Shown: positions 10,009-20,365, counted from the first letter of the stretch. The stretch: 64,000 bases of DNA from a virus (IMGVR_UViG_3300029904_000009:2378-66377), one strand, 5' to 3'. The notes: generated by a model not told the origin, from the letters alone. A program made the numbers and translations.

Positions 10009-11538
10009 TTAAGCCTTTACGACAGTGTACTTATCGCCTTGCTGCTCTGTGGTATAACCAGCAGCGCAGAAGTTTGTTCCTGGGCCCTCGGCGAGGTTAT
10101 TTGCAGGATCAAACTTGTTGAAAGTACCACCAGTTACTTCAATGGTAGCAGTACCATCTTTGTAGTTGGCGTCAAGACAGTTCAGAGTGAAGCGCTCATC
10201 GTCGCCATTGCCAGGTCCAGACAACTGCTGAATGGAGTAATCGCCGCCTTCGATGACGAGATCGCCCTGCTGGACATAACAAGCAGTGATGTTACCAATG
10301 AAGGTACCATCCTCGATTGTCAGCATAGAGCCATTCTGAACATCAACGCAATAGCAGTCATCTGCTAAAGCATGAATTGTGCCATTGCCAGTGATAGTCA
10401 CATTGGCGCCATTCTCAATAGCAATCAGACTGATGATGCCGCCTGCTGGGTCATAGACCGGAGCAGTGTTAGCAATGGTGTGGCCATTCAGATTGATAGT
10501 CACATCTACGCCATCAATGATGATTGGCTGGTCATAATCCTGATTGAATACAAGAGTATCGCCATCCTTCAGAGCGGCAATGGCTTCGGGGATTGTAGCA
10601 TAGTCTACATCTCCGATAGAAGCGCCAGTTGTAGGCTCTTCAGGGTCAGGATCAGGCTCGGGATCAGGCTCAGGAGTTGTGCCGCCAATAACAGTGAACT
10701 CACCAGTACCGTTCTTGTAGCCAGTGCCACCGACAGGAACAACATAGCTCTTGTCAGTAGGAGCAACATAAACGTTGATTTCAGTCTTATTGCCAGAAAT
10801 CATAACTGGGAAGTTGGCTGTGGTATTTTCCAAATCAGGCTGATCTGGAGTCTTATGCCCAGTGCCCAGACGAACGTCAACAGGTGTCTCAGTATCGAAA
10901 GAGCAGCCAGTGATAGTCACATTGTTGATGTAAGATTGGCCTTTATCCATTGGGATATCGCCTGCGCCTTCATCGGAAGGACCACCACGCTGAGTTACCT
11001 TAAAGGCAGCCTTGGCGCCGCAATATCCAACAAATTCGCAGTTCTCAAGCTCAACAACTGCGCTCTTTACACCAATCAGATTGAGGTCAACTGCATAGTC
11101 GCCAGCAATACCAGTATCAGTGCCAGTTGCGCAATTTTCAATCTTACAATTCTTCATCTTGAAGACACGGGCATCAGCGGTATAGATACCCTTGCCGGTG
11201 AAGTCCTTAATCACACAGTCCTCGAAGGTCAGATAAGCATTACGTGTGCCGTTTGCCTCGGGTCCATTGTTGTTGTCATGCAAACCAAAACTTCCGTTCT
11301 GTAAAGTCATGTTTTTTACAGTTACAGAGATTGGCTCGTTGTTAGAAGCCAACGTAATCCCCTGCTCAAGGATAGTGGACTTACCCTCCTCGGTAGCACC
11401 TTGGAGGGTAATGTCCTTATCAACTGTGAGTTTTTCGCTGACGGAGCCATCACTTAATTGGATGGTGGAACCAGCGGGGGCGTCAGCCAAGACGTCGGAG
11501 ACCTTAGTCCCAGGTTCGTTCAGGTCGACGCCGATTAA
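10009..11538 (-). CDS. beta-helix (pectin-lyase-like) C-terminal extension of the tail tube protein, probably reached by -1 frameshift
   Basis: The frame is open from the tail-tube stop region (TTA ATC GGC...) to TAA 10009. It begins with a typical beta-helix cap (VSDVLADAPAGSTIQLSDG...KDITLQG), has a PEPDPEPDPDP linker and a second similar domain. No convincing start of its own. Confidence 0.65.
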   Translation of the reverse strand, partial: LIGVDLNEPGTKVSDVLADAPAGSTIQLSDGSVSEKLTVDKDITLQGATEEGKSTILEQGITLASNNEPISVTVKNMTLQNGSFGLHDNNNGPEANGTRNAYLTFEDCVIKDFTGKGIYTADARVFKMKNCKIENCATGTDTGIAGDYAVDLNLIGVKSAVVELENCEFVGYCGAKAAFKVTQRGGPSDEGAGDIPMDKGQSYINNVTITGCSFDTETPVDVRLGTGHKTPDQPDLENTTANFPVMISGNKTEINVYVAPTDKSYVVPVGGTGYKNGTGEFTVIGGTTPEPDPEPDPDPEEPTTGASIGDVDYATIPEAIAALKDGDTLVFNQDYDQPIIIDGVDVTINLNGHTIANTAPVYDPAGGIISLIAIENGANVTITGNGTIHALADDCYCVDVQNGSMLTIEDGTFIGNITACYVQQGDLVIEGGDYSIQQLSGPGNGDDERFTLNCLDANYKDGTATIEVTGGTFNKFDPANNLAEGPGTNFCAAGYTTEQQGDKYTVVKA

Positions 11539-13151
11539 GGGTTTTCGTCACCAGGCTTGGTATCAATCAGACCCTGACCAGGAGTAATGGTACGAGGACC
11601 ACCAGCGTCCTGATTGAAGCGCTTGTAGTTCTCACTGGACAGGTGTCCGGCGCCCATAGTACCAGTATCGGAGTAATCCAGATTCTGGTGAGGCTCAAGG
11701 GAGCGATCCTTCCACAGGTACTCACCATCGGTATCGTTATTGTACTTATAACGACGATAGGAGGTAGGATCGGAAGTAGCGATACCAGCAGAGCCACCAT
11801 CGTAGTTGTCGTCAGCATCCAGAATCTGAATGTCAGCGAGAACCTTACGAGTCAGGTCGAACTTGCTGAAATCAGGATATGCGTCGCCGGAGAAGGTGAA
11901 GGTAGAAGGATCACCAGTTGCGGCAAGAGTGAAGGTCAGAGCTGTGGTTACCTTAAACTTAGGAATCACGAACTCAACAGGCAGGTCTACGCCATCGGAA
12001 GCGCGACGGACAAGAGAGGAGCCTTCAACATAGAAGTAAGCGCCAAACTTGTCGGGCAGGATGGAAACCTGAGTTGCATCGTGAGTATACTCAACATAGT
12101 AGTCAAGCAGTACGATGTCCTGATACAGGATGGAAGGAACGTTTACCTTGTAAACGAAGTCAGAGCCTTCCTTGAATGCCTTAGGCTGAGCAATGCCGCC
12201 GGAAGGAGCCAGCAGGTAGCTATACAGAGAATTCTCTTTGGTATCGCCCCAGAACTCGCCATAGTTAGCAGCACTGATGGTACGCATATACTGAGCAGGA
12301 TCGCCCCAAGCGCTTACCCAGTTGCCCTCAGCAGAAACAGTGTCGTAGTCTACATAATAGGCTACCTGGTCGTCAAATACGCCGCAAGCATCCTTGCCAA
12401 CAGGATCAGGATACTCTTCGACGGACATTGGGTTGTTATACAGGTCAAAAGCAACGAAGGAGTCTTGGCTCTTGAACTTGCAGAGATAGGAGTGACGCTT
12501 AAACTCGTCATCCTCTTCATTAGCCTCCAGGTTAATCTGGAGAGGCATACCGGAAATCTCACCAGCGTCGTCCAGAAGCATTACATAAATGCTAGCGTTC
12601 TGACCAACATAAGGCTTACGAGTAAGCCAAATATTGTTTACACCGCCACGAGGAGCATAAGTGCCCTTAACGGTGCCATGCTCGGTCTCGTCACCAGTAA
12701 CGGCATCAGCAGCACCACCGGCAGGATACAGAGAGGTGTCATCATCGTAAACGTTCTTAGTCTGGTCAGTATCAATCTGGTTATTGGTTGCAACAGAATA
12801 CTTCTCAGTATAGTGAGCAATCACGCTACGAGCGTCGGGGTGAGAACCAGGAAGATGCTTATTGCGGGCAGGAATCAGATCTGCACCGGAAAGAATAGCC
12901 AGACCCTCATTGGACAGCAGAGCGTCCTCAAAGTTGAAGGTCAGGGTCTTATCGCCCTCATAGGAGAGCAGACGAGCATTACCGCGGCCACCAGTTACAT
13001 AGGAGACCTCAGCGGCAACCTCAAGAGTAGAAGTCTTGACAGTGTCAAAGATAAGCACAGGCTCGCCGGCACGGAAAGTCTTCGCACCGAGAGTGAACAC
13101 AGACTTAGCCTTGAAATAGACGTCAATGGCTTCACGAATTGCCCATTTCAT
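11535..13151 (-). CDS. major tail (tube) protein
   Basis: Motifs PVLIFDTVKTSTLE, GGRGNARLLSYEGDKTLTFNFEDALLS and TFTLAATGDPSTFTFSGDAYP resemble tail-tube proteins of Clostridia-type phages. High-expression codon bias; no TAG; GGAGG RBS. Confidence 0.7.
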   Translation of the reverse strand: MKWAIREAIDVYFKAKSVFTLGAKTFRAGEPVLIFDTVKTSTLEVAAEVSYVTGGRGNARLLSYEGDKTLTFNFEDALLSNEGLAILSGADLIPARNKHLPGSHPDARSVIAHYTEKYSVATNNQIDTDQTKNVYDDDTSLYPAGGAADAVTGDETEHGTVKGTYAPRGGVNNIWLTRKPYVGQNASIYVMLLDDAGEISGMPLQINLEANEEDDEFKRHSYLCKFKSQDSFVAFDLYNNPMSVEEYPDPVGKDACGVFDDQVAYYVDYDTVSAEGNWVSAWGDPAQYMRTISAANYGEFWGDTKENSLYSYLLAPSGGIAQPKAFKEGSDFVYKVNVPSILYQDIVLLDYYVEYTHDATQVSILPDKFGAYFYVEGSSLVRRASDGVDLPVEFVIPKFKVTTALTFTLAATGDPSTFTFSGDAYPDFSKFDLTRKVLADIQILDADDNYDGGSAGIATSDPTSYRRYKYNNDTDGEYLWKDRSLEPHQNLDYSDTGTMGAGHLSSENYKRFNQDAGGPRTITPGQGLIDTKPGDENP

Positions 13152-13220
13152 ATAGCAATATTCCTCCTATTAAAAGATTTTGCCTTTTAATCAAGGTATT
13201 GAAACATCTCATAAGAGTGT

Positions 13221-13988
13221 TTAACCTTCAAGAGTTCCAATAGAATCATTGTCGTTTTCTGGGTCACGCATCATCCAGTGAACAAGTTTATCCTCATTCT
13301 TTGCGCCAGCCAAACGGCTCTTGACATCAAGATCATACGCCTCCCATGCTAAGTAGGTTTGCATCAAAGAGTTTAACTATAAAATAGTCATCTCTGTGAC
13401 ATCCGATAGCGAGTTTGCCGTTGCTATTGCGACAGCTCGTATGTATCTAGCCAAGAAGCCTTTCGACTTAGACTGTGGCTACATAGCAGCGAGCCTCGCT
13501 CGCGCTTTTTTCATCTTTTCAGCGATTTGCGCCGCCAGCTTATTTGCTGGATTGAACTCCTCTTTTGAACCGCTCAATAAAGAAGCACCTCCAACAATTC
13601 CGATTAACTCCTAAAAGTCATCGAATTGTTCTGGCTCAATATTGATTAGCTAATCCTTATTCTAAATGATTAAGGATCGCGGACCAATATTGATCTTAGT
13701 CGTAAAAAACAACTGAAGAAAATTATTCAAAAGCGCTCGGACATCTTTGATGCCTTCCATCTTTTGGGTCAATGATTCGTTAAAAATCATCCAATTTGTT
13801 ACATCGGGTGATTCTATGTGAAGCTACTTTTTATTCATTCGAAATATCGACAGAGCAATAAAGTAGTTCTGCTCACCAAGCATTGCGATTTCTCGCACTC
13901 TTGGCTGATGTATTGTTATTCCGAAAGCCTCAACTGGAATATCAATACCAGTGACGAGCATTAGCTCGTCAATGTTAAAATCAATCAA
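13221..13988 (-). CDS. conserved phage structural-region protein (TAG=Gln, 6 in-frame TAG)
   Basis: Open from TTG 13988 (TTGA overlap) to TAA 13221 if TAG is sense: MIDFNIDELMLVTGIDIPVE...EEFNPANKLAAQIAEKMKK...EMTIL[TAG]LNSL. 255 aa. Confidence 0.8.
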
Positions 13989-14557
13989 AAGACAGGAGTG
14001 GGTCCTTCCTTAGGATGCAACTTTTTGTCGTCCTTATAGGTTTCGACATTGTAATACAACGAAAGGCCTCCCTGTGCTTCGTTAATAATGAGCTGCTTAG
14101 CGCCCATAAAGTCAGCCACCTAAGTGCCAATAACGAAGTCATTGTTAATCATGCCGTCAATCTCGCCGGCAATGCAGTAGGGGCGCAACTTGAAATTATC
14201 CAACAACCAGAACTCATACGGCACAAGAATATCAAATCCAAGTTGGAAAGACCTGAACGTGGTTTGATCTTCCATAGGCACGAAATTATCCAGTGTGATA
14301 ATCACATAGGGCTTAGCATCATGGTCAATAGTCAGTTTAGGGACAATTCTGATCTGATTATTGAGCAACGAATATGCTTGGTCTTGATTTAACTTTGGCA
14401 GCTCCAAAGCGTGTTTATCGGTGTAATAAAGCAAGCGCTTCAAGCGCTCATTCTTCATTAACCTGTCCACTACCAGTGAGAGCGTGTTTTCAACCGAAGC
14501 GAATGATGAATAACGTCCCAACATGGATTTCTCACTTTGTGATCGTAGTAGTGGCAT
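13985..14557 (-). CDS. putative tail completion/terminator-type protein (1 in-frame TAG)
   Basis: The ORF-track ORF ends at TAG 14120, but the frame continues cleanly (VADFMGAKQLIINE...) to TGA 13985, which overlaps the next start. 190 aa. Confidence 0.7.
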
Positions 14558-14574
14558 TTTATTCCTCCTTCTCG

Positions 14575-15552
14575 TTACATCAATGATTCAACCTAGACGT
14601 GTTTCTGGTATAGAGTTCCATTTGGCATCTAATAGCCAATGGTAAAAGCGCCTGACATCATCGAATCCCAATAAACATGAATCTATTGTGCATAGACATC
14701 GTCTGTTTCTTGGAATTTAGCAGGAATACGATCCTGAGGTTTAGCGCCTTCATTCTCTACAATAATCCATTTACCGCCGGCGACAATTGCTTTGAACTCC
14801 ACTCTGAATCGAGGCTTAATGACGAGCGGACCTTCAATACCGTATTCTGTCGGATATTCGGGAATGACGGGTTGTACATTCCAAGTATTCATAATGTTTG
14901 TCTCAACATCGTCTTCTACCAAATTGGTATAATACCTGGAGCAGTTCATTTGCAGGACGCCTGGCATCGAAATGTCGTCAATCTAATCTACCTTATAGGT
15001 AAAGCTCTTTAACAAGAACTTTTGATATTGATTGAAATACGCCCTGTTTTGCTGATTGGCCGTAGCCAATACAACAAGATTTGCATTTGGTAGGTCGGCA
15101 GAACCAAATGTCGTATTCGTAGACGTAAAATCTGGATTGGAAGGACCAACCACAGAGATGAACGTCTCTTGTACTTCACGATTGCCGTCTACCCACTGAA
15201 CTTTATAATCACAACGGCGACATTGACCTCTAAAGTAGGCAAGTTCAGTTAAATCTCGCGCGTAACAAATCCAGTAAGTACCGGTATTGTCCCACCGAAA
15301 TACATCGCCGACGGAGTATTGGGCATCGAACGGAACTGATAACAGTTTCGTATCGTAGTCCATATTCTAAGTAACTGGATTGAATAAACCAACTGTCTGC
15401 TTATCCATCCCAGGATACTTCGTGAATTTCGCCGCCTGATAGGAGTATTTAGTAGCAGAAAGCATTGACCAGAGTTTATCTCTAATCATGCGGTCCTACT
15501 GTGGTGCTCCACCATAGTAGTTGAGGCGGCGTTTCATGCCTTCATAGCTCAT
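14575..15552 (-). CDS. putative head-closure/neck protein (6 in-frame TAG)
   Basis: ATG 15552 with AAGGAG RBS. MSYEGMKRRLNYYGGAPQ[TAG]DRMIRDKL...DLTELAYFRGQCRRC joins the fragments 14983-15363 and 14683-14967 in one frame to TAA. 325 aa. Confidence 0.75.
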
Positions 15553-15563
15553 GCTACCGCTCC

Positions 15564-15851
15564 TTAAATTTGAATTGACTTCAATTCAGAGATTGCTTCA
15601 AAGATACGCTTACGGAAGATCATCTTGTCTTCCGCATAGTCAAGCGCCATCAATTTGGCAATCAATACCATGAAATGAGGATTATCCTCAAACATTTTGT
15701 TGTACCCGTGCAGCTCATCAACCACTGTGTGGCGCTGAGACTGCCAATCTTCTTCATTCTCATACATAGGTAAGAGTTTGAAGATTTGATTTGTCAAACG
15801 GGTATTGTTATACTTCCAAGCATCGGGGCCAAACTTAAACTGTTTCGCCAT
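15564..15851 (-). CDS. hypothetical protein
   Basis: 95-aa ORF with AGGAG RBS inside the head operon. Confidence 0.75.
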   Translation of the reverse strand: MAKQFKFGPDAWKYNNTRLTNQIFKLLPMYENEEDWQSQRHTVVDELHGYNKMFEDNPHFMVLIAKLMALDYAEDKMIFRKRIFEAISELKSIQI

Positions 15852-15868
15852 ACTACATCTCCTTTTTC

Positions 15869-16321
15869 TCAGTGCATTCTTTTCGCCAACAAATCAAATG
15901 TTGACTCATAGTTGCCTGTCGGCCCAACTCTACGACGAGAGTGTAACATCTGCAGGCGCCTATGCTCATTTTTGGTGTTTGTCATAAGCGTCATGAGACG
16001 TTGGAGATGAGAGGCCTGGCTGGTCAGCTTGAAGTCAGTGCCTGAGAACTTCTGTCGAATTACATCAATAGAAGTGATTTGGCGCTGAAGCCAAATCTGA
16101 AGCATACCATACGCGAGAATATTGCGTTCTTCGCGAGAAAGGTCTACGTTGAAGGAATCTCCTACAATATCAATCGGCTTATCCGGAAATTCGAACAAAG
16201 GAAGAGAAGCCTCGAGAAGCTCTCGACAATCGGCCCGTGTCTCCTCCTCTGTAATTTCCATATACATATCGTCGGTAATTAACGCGAAAAACGCATCGTA
16301 TACCTCGTTAAGAGAAGTCAC
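15869..16321 (-). CDS. putative head-tail adaptor/connector
   Basis: Helical 150-aa protein downstream of the capsid gene (ILAYGMLQIWLQRQI...DFKLTSQASHL). The call is from position and a recalled family resemblance. Confidence 0.5.
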   Translation of the reverse strand: MTSLNEVYDAFFALITDDMYMEITEEETRADCRELLEASLPLFEFPDKPIDIVGDSFNVDLSREERNILAYGMLQIWLQRQITSIDVIRQKFSGTDFKLTSQASHLQRLMTLMTNTKNEHRRLQMLHSRRRVGPTGNYESTFDLLAKRMH

Positions 16322-16322
16322 A

Positions 16323-16811
16323 TTAACCCTCCCTCTTACGGAGTCTCTCCTTTGGTCTCTGAGCGGTGGGAGCTGTGCCTTCTGGCTTTTTCATAACCTC
16401 AATGGCTTTGAGCGTATCAAAACCAGTTTTCTGTTTGAGGGCATCCATCTTATTAAGATCGGTCATTGGCAACTGCCAAGCGCGAGCCTTAATGAGATCA
16501 ATAACCCCTGTTGGCGCGTATTCAAGCGTTTCCTTAAACAGCTCAAGGCTATCCTCAAGAATACACTTGTCAACATCGTCAACGAGCCAGAAATACTCAA
16601 TAGGGGCATATGGCATTGTCTTATTTACCCACTCTTCGTCCTGAACCATAAGCTCATTACGAAGGAGGGAAGCGCCGCCATCAATTTGCCAGAGAGCATT
16701 TAACTCTTGTTCAGAAAGGTCTTTACTCTCTCCTGGAACGAACACTCTACGAATATTCAATTCGGGGAGAGAGTAGACCACATTTCCATCGCTTCGATTG
16801 ATTACTTTCAT
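16323..16811 (-). CDS. conserved hypothetical protein downstream of the capsid gene
   Basis: 162 aa; AGGAG RBS; MKVINRSDGNVVYSLPELNIRRVF. Confidence 0.7.
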   Translation of the reverse strand: MKVINRSDGNVVYSLPELNIRRVFVPGESKDLSEQELNALWQIDGGASLLRNELMVQDEEWVNKTMPYAPIEYFWLVDDVDKCILEDSLELFKETLEYAPTGVIDLIKARAWQLPMTDLNKMDALKQKTGFDTLKAIEVMKKPEGTAPTAQRPKERLRKREG

Positions 16812-16848
16812 GTTATTACTCCTTTATCTCAAAATCAATCGTTACTGA

Positions 16849-17886
16849 TTAGTCCCAGTTACCGGGAACGTTATCAATAACAAGGCCCTTGTTGCGGAAT
16901 ACAGCCAGATTGTTAGTGGTGATGATACCAACACCAAACTTCTGGTAGGTCTGCAGCTCAGTAGACCAATCGCGGTTCTCAAACTCCTTAACGTGAGTCT
17001 GGCCCTCGAACACGATCTTGACGGGCTTCTGGTTGTTGGTTGGGAAGACATAGATATAGGAAGGATCAATAACCTTAGTGGCATTGGTCTCATCGGTGAA
17101 GGACTGGGGCAGAACCACTACGGGGAAGCCCTTATAACGAGTGAAGTAACCGTTGTTCCAACGCTCGTCCTTCATGGACTCGGAAATCCAGTTGTCAGAA
17201 GGCAGCAGAGTCATAGCAGCTTCCAGAGTGCAATAAATGGTAGGAGTACCATAAATAGCAATAGTCTGGAGCAGACGATCGAACTGAGCCTCGTCGAAGT
17301 TTGCTGCGCTTACCTTGTTGGTAGCGGGGAAAGCCTCGATAGCAGCAACGAGAGCCTTAGCAATCTCCTTATAGACTGCCTCGGACATACCCTCATTGAT
17401 GATGTCGAGATAATCAGACCACTGCACGCGGCCATCGAGGAACTCCTCAAAGCCGATACGAGCAGCTCCGCCGTAAGCGGTTGTCTTGATGGTGAACTTC
17501 TCGTCAGCAAGCTCGAAAGCCTCATAACGACCAGCCAGCGCAACGCGAGTTACGAACTGCTTTGCACGCTGCTCACCAATCTTACGGTGATACACCATAG
17601 TGTCACCCTGTGCAATAGTGGTTACATCGGCGAACATACCATAAGTGTCAAGAACGTTCTTGGGCATTACGGTATCAAGAGTCTGCTCAATCAGAGAGAA
17701 GACAGTGTTCTTGTTCTCACGCCACAGCTGTGGAGTGCCAGCGATCTCCTTCAGGTTAGCCTGAAGAGTATCGTTCAGGGAGTCATAGGAAACTTCCTGG
17801 CCGTTCAAGGAGTACTTACCAGAAGGATTCTTCTTGGACATCAGTACCTTAGCAAGAGCCAGGTTATCAGCATATACGAAAGCCAT
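16849..17886 (-). CDS. major capsid protein (HK97 fold)
   Basis: 345 aa downstream of the protease/scaffold and decoration genes. Very strong codon bias, AGGAGG RBS, no TAG. Motifs ENKNTVFSLIEQTLD and YKGFPVVVLPQSF. Confidence 0.85.
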   Translation of the reverse strand: MAFVYADNLALAKVLMSKKNPSGKYSLNGQEVSYDSLNDTLQANLKEIAGTPQLWRENKNTVFSLIEQTLDTVMPKNVLDTYGMFADVTTIAQGDTMVYHRKIGEQRAKQFVTRVALAGRYEAFELADEKFTIKTTAYGGAARIGFEEFLDGRVQWSDYLDIINEGMSEAVYKEIAKALVAAIEAFPATNKVSAANFDEAQFDRLLQTIAIYGTPTIYCTLEAAMTLLPSDNWISESMKDERWNNGYFTRYKGFPVVVLPQSFTDETNATKVIDPSYIYVFPTNNQKPVKIVFEGQTHVKEFENRDWSTELQTYQKFGVGIITTNNLAVFRNKGLVIDNVPGNWD

Positions 17887-17905
17887 CTGTAAATCCTCCT
17901 TTCAA

Positions 17906-18472
17906 TTAGGCTCCCATGGCCTTGCTCATCAGCTTAACGCCGGGCTGGCCATCGGGCATAGTGTAGACCTTGGTAACCTCAAACTGATAAGTAGTGTTGG
18001 TGCCCTTGGTCTTAGTCAGGTAACCGTCATCACCAATATACAGTACGTCGCCGACTGCCAGAGAATCAGGCTCCTCGTTGATAGTGTTTGTGGTGTAAGC
18101 ATCGTTGTCGGGCACAATACCGATCAGCTTGGGATACAGAAGGCCGTCCACCTTATCGGCAGCACGATCAACGAAATCGGAATAACCCATACGCTCGTCA
18201 TACAGTTTCTTCTCAGAGTATACGAGGTAAGGCTTTGCAGTAGCAGGTGCAGCCCCAGGCAGAACCGCGATGCGGCCCATAGGAGAAGTCTCAGTGGTGT
18301 CGGGGATTACACACAGGAACATACCGTTCTCAAGCTCTGCAATAGGTGTTGCGGCGCCAGCGTCCTCATAAGCGGGAGCCTGGGCCTCAATGTAACCGAA
18401 GGTAATACCGGAAAGACGATTAGCCTCAACCTGGCCATACTTGCCTTCGGTCTTTACAAAAGTAGCAGGCAT
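17906..18472 (-). CDS. capsid decoration/minor head protein
   Basis: 188 aa between the protease and capsid genes; YGQVEANRLS, ELENGMFL and QPGVKL motifs; no TAG. Confidence 0.6.
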   Translation of the reverse strand: MPATFVKTEGKYGQVEANRLSGITFGYIEAQAPAYEDAGAATPIAELENGMFLCVIPDTTETSPMGRIAVLPGAAPATAKPYLVYSEKKLYDERMGYSDFVDRAADKVDGLLYPKLIGIVPDNDAYTTNTINEEPDSLAVGDVLYIGDDGYLTKTKGTNTTYQFEVTKVYTMPDGQPGVKLMSKAMGA

Positions 18473-18526
18473 TACTTTGTATCTCCTTTCAAAAAAGTTT
18501 ATAACCTTTTTATCAAGAAAAACTGA

Positions 18527-20365
18527 TTAAATTTTCAGTTCTTTCTTCTTGTCAAGCTCTAAGGCCTGAATGAAAAATTCAGGGAGTCCGTCCAGAGAGT
18601 GATCTACTGCAGCAGCGCCTGCGACGCTAACCTGGAATCCAGTAGAAGGATGTCCGCTGTTCTTCTGCTTACGGGCATAAGTTACAGCGAGCTTGGACTC
18701 GATTTCATCGAGAGAATACTCATCGAGCTTCTCTACAACAGGCTTCATCTCTTCCTCAGTGAGCATCTCACTGTAAGATGTTACCATTGCTTGTTTCTTT
18801 TCTTTCTCTTCCTCGGCTGCTTTGGCGCGATAGCCGTTCAGCTCATTGGTAAGAGTTTCGACTTGAGACTTCAAATCCTCAATCACCGCAGCATAATCGA
18901 CTGCTGGAGTGCCCTCAGGCTCGGCAGCAGGCTCTGTGCTAAACTGTGTTGTAGGCTCAGTAGGCTCTGGGTTAGTGGCAGGCTCAGCACTCGGCTCGCC
19001 GCCCTCTCCGTTTGTGGAGAAAGTTGCTGGTCCGGGAATGTCGCTTGGATCTGGGTTTCCGACGGAAGGATCTGGCAAGCCGCCTTCGCTTCCTTCGGGC
19101 TTGGGTTCGGGTTTAGGATCATTTCCTTCGCCATCTGCTGCGAAATTTCCCTTCTTCTTTTTCTTCTTGTCGTCGTCATCTCCACCGTCGTCATTGCCGC
19201 CGTTGTCGTCTCCGCCATCGGGGTCATCGGACTTAGGATCGTCTCCATCGTCTCCATCATCTCCGCCATCGTCACCTTCTCCTTCGTCTTCGTCATCTTT
19301 TTTCTTCTTAAAGACTCCGGCACCAGCAGGAGCAGGTGCAGGCTCAGGAGTAGCTGCAGGAGCAGCAGGAGCGCCGGTAGAAGCAGTAGAAGCGGGATCT
19401 TGTGTAGCAGTTACAGTAGTGCCACCAAGTGGCTCAACAGGCTCGGGAGCAGGAGGCTCCTTAACAGACCAGGTCTGTCTTACGGCCTGCATCTCACTAT
19501 CAAGCTCAACTGTGTCTTCGCTTGTAATAGTAAGATTTACGCGTACATATTCGAGAGACTCGCGATCTTGGAGAATAACAAAGATGGTGCCGCCCTCAGA
19601 GTAAATACCCTGAATATCGTATTTCATCTCAGCTCCACGATTGCGTAGCTGCATATATACTGCGTCAGTCAGATTCCAGCCAAGCTGAAGAGCGTACTCA
19701 AGAGTAATCTTTTCAGGTTTAGGCTGAAGTTGCCCATTCATGACGTAATACCTCCTTCCTAAGATATTCTCCACTTGCTCAGCAAGGCTCTCATACTGTT
19801 TAGTATAAGAGGACATTATCTTAGCCCCTTCAAAACAGGGTGCATAAGCATCACCAAGAATACAGAGCTTGTCAAGAGTAGCATTAGTGAAAACGAAAAC
19901 ATCGCCTTCATAGTAGCCACTCATGGTTTTCTCTTCGAGTTCCATTGACTGCCCTTTATTCAATGCTTGGGAGGCTTCCTCATATTGCCGAGTCCACAGA
20001 TAGGCTTTACACATCAGATAAGTTCTGACTTGGCCATCTTCCATAAAGTCTTGATACCAAGGAGCATCAAAACTTACGAAACCATAGGGTTTTGTAATAT
20101 CTTCAATGTTCACCTGACCATTGGAAATAGTTACCTTACGGCTATGTTGAACAAAGTCACCGGACTCTTTGTCGTAGAAGCCTACTACAGGAGCGCCAGG
20201 AAGGGTCGCAGCGATTTGACGACCAACCTCTTTGTTAATCACAGTATTGTTCTGATTGGGATTTTCTGAAACATAACATACCTTAATGGTAGCTTCGGTA
20301 ACAAGCTCGTTAATCGGCTTGGTTTCCAGAACTTCCATGGTATTCACAATTGCCTGTGATTCCAT
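18527..20365 (-). CDS. prohead protease/scaffold fusion
   Basis: ATG 20365 after AAGGAGG. N-terminal protease-like region (TLPGAPVVGFY, KPYGFV, GQSMEL, LCILG..PCFEGA), a long acidic/Pro linker, and a coiled-coil C-terminus. Confidence 0.75.
   Translation of the reverse strand: MESQAIVNTMEVLETKPINELVTEATIKVCYVSENPNQNNTVINKEVGRQIAATLPGAPVVGFYDKESGDFVQHSRKVTISNGQVNIEDITKPYGFVSFDAPWYQDFMEDGQVRTYLMCKAYLWTRQYEEASQALNKGQSMELEEKTMSGYYEGDVFVFTNATLDKLCILGDAYAPCFEGAKIMSSYTKQYESLAEQVENILGRRYYVMNGQLQPKPEKITLEYALQLGWNLTDAVYMQLRNRGAEMKYDIQGIYSEGGTIFVILQDRESLEYVRVNLTITSEDTVELDSEMQAVRQTWSVKEPPAPEPVEPLGGTTVTATQDPASTASTGAPAAPAATPEPAPAPAGAGVFKKKKDDEDEGEGDDGGDDGDDGDDPKSDDPDGGDDNGGNDDGGDDDDKKKKKKGNFAADGEGNDPKPEPKPEGSEGGLPDPSVGNPDPSDIPGPATFSTNGEGGEPSAEPATNPEPTEPTTQFSTEPAAEPEGTPAVDYAAVIEDLKSQVETLTNELNGYRAKAAEEEKEKKQAMVTSYSEMLTEEEMKPVVEKLDEYSLDEIESKLAVTYARKQKNSGHPSTGFQVSVAGAAAVDHSLDGLPEFFIQALELDKKKELKI

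Noticed and set aside
10372-13190. Long + strand ORFs 10372-11304 and 11643-13190
   Set aside because: These are antisense shadows of strongly codon-biased - strand tail genes. They have no RBS and implausible Ser/Ile/Val-rich sequence.
16993-19648. + strand ORFs opposite the capsid, decoration and protease genes
   Set aside because: Shadow ORFs caused by avoidance of TTA/CTA/TCA codons in the real genes.
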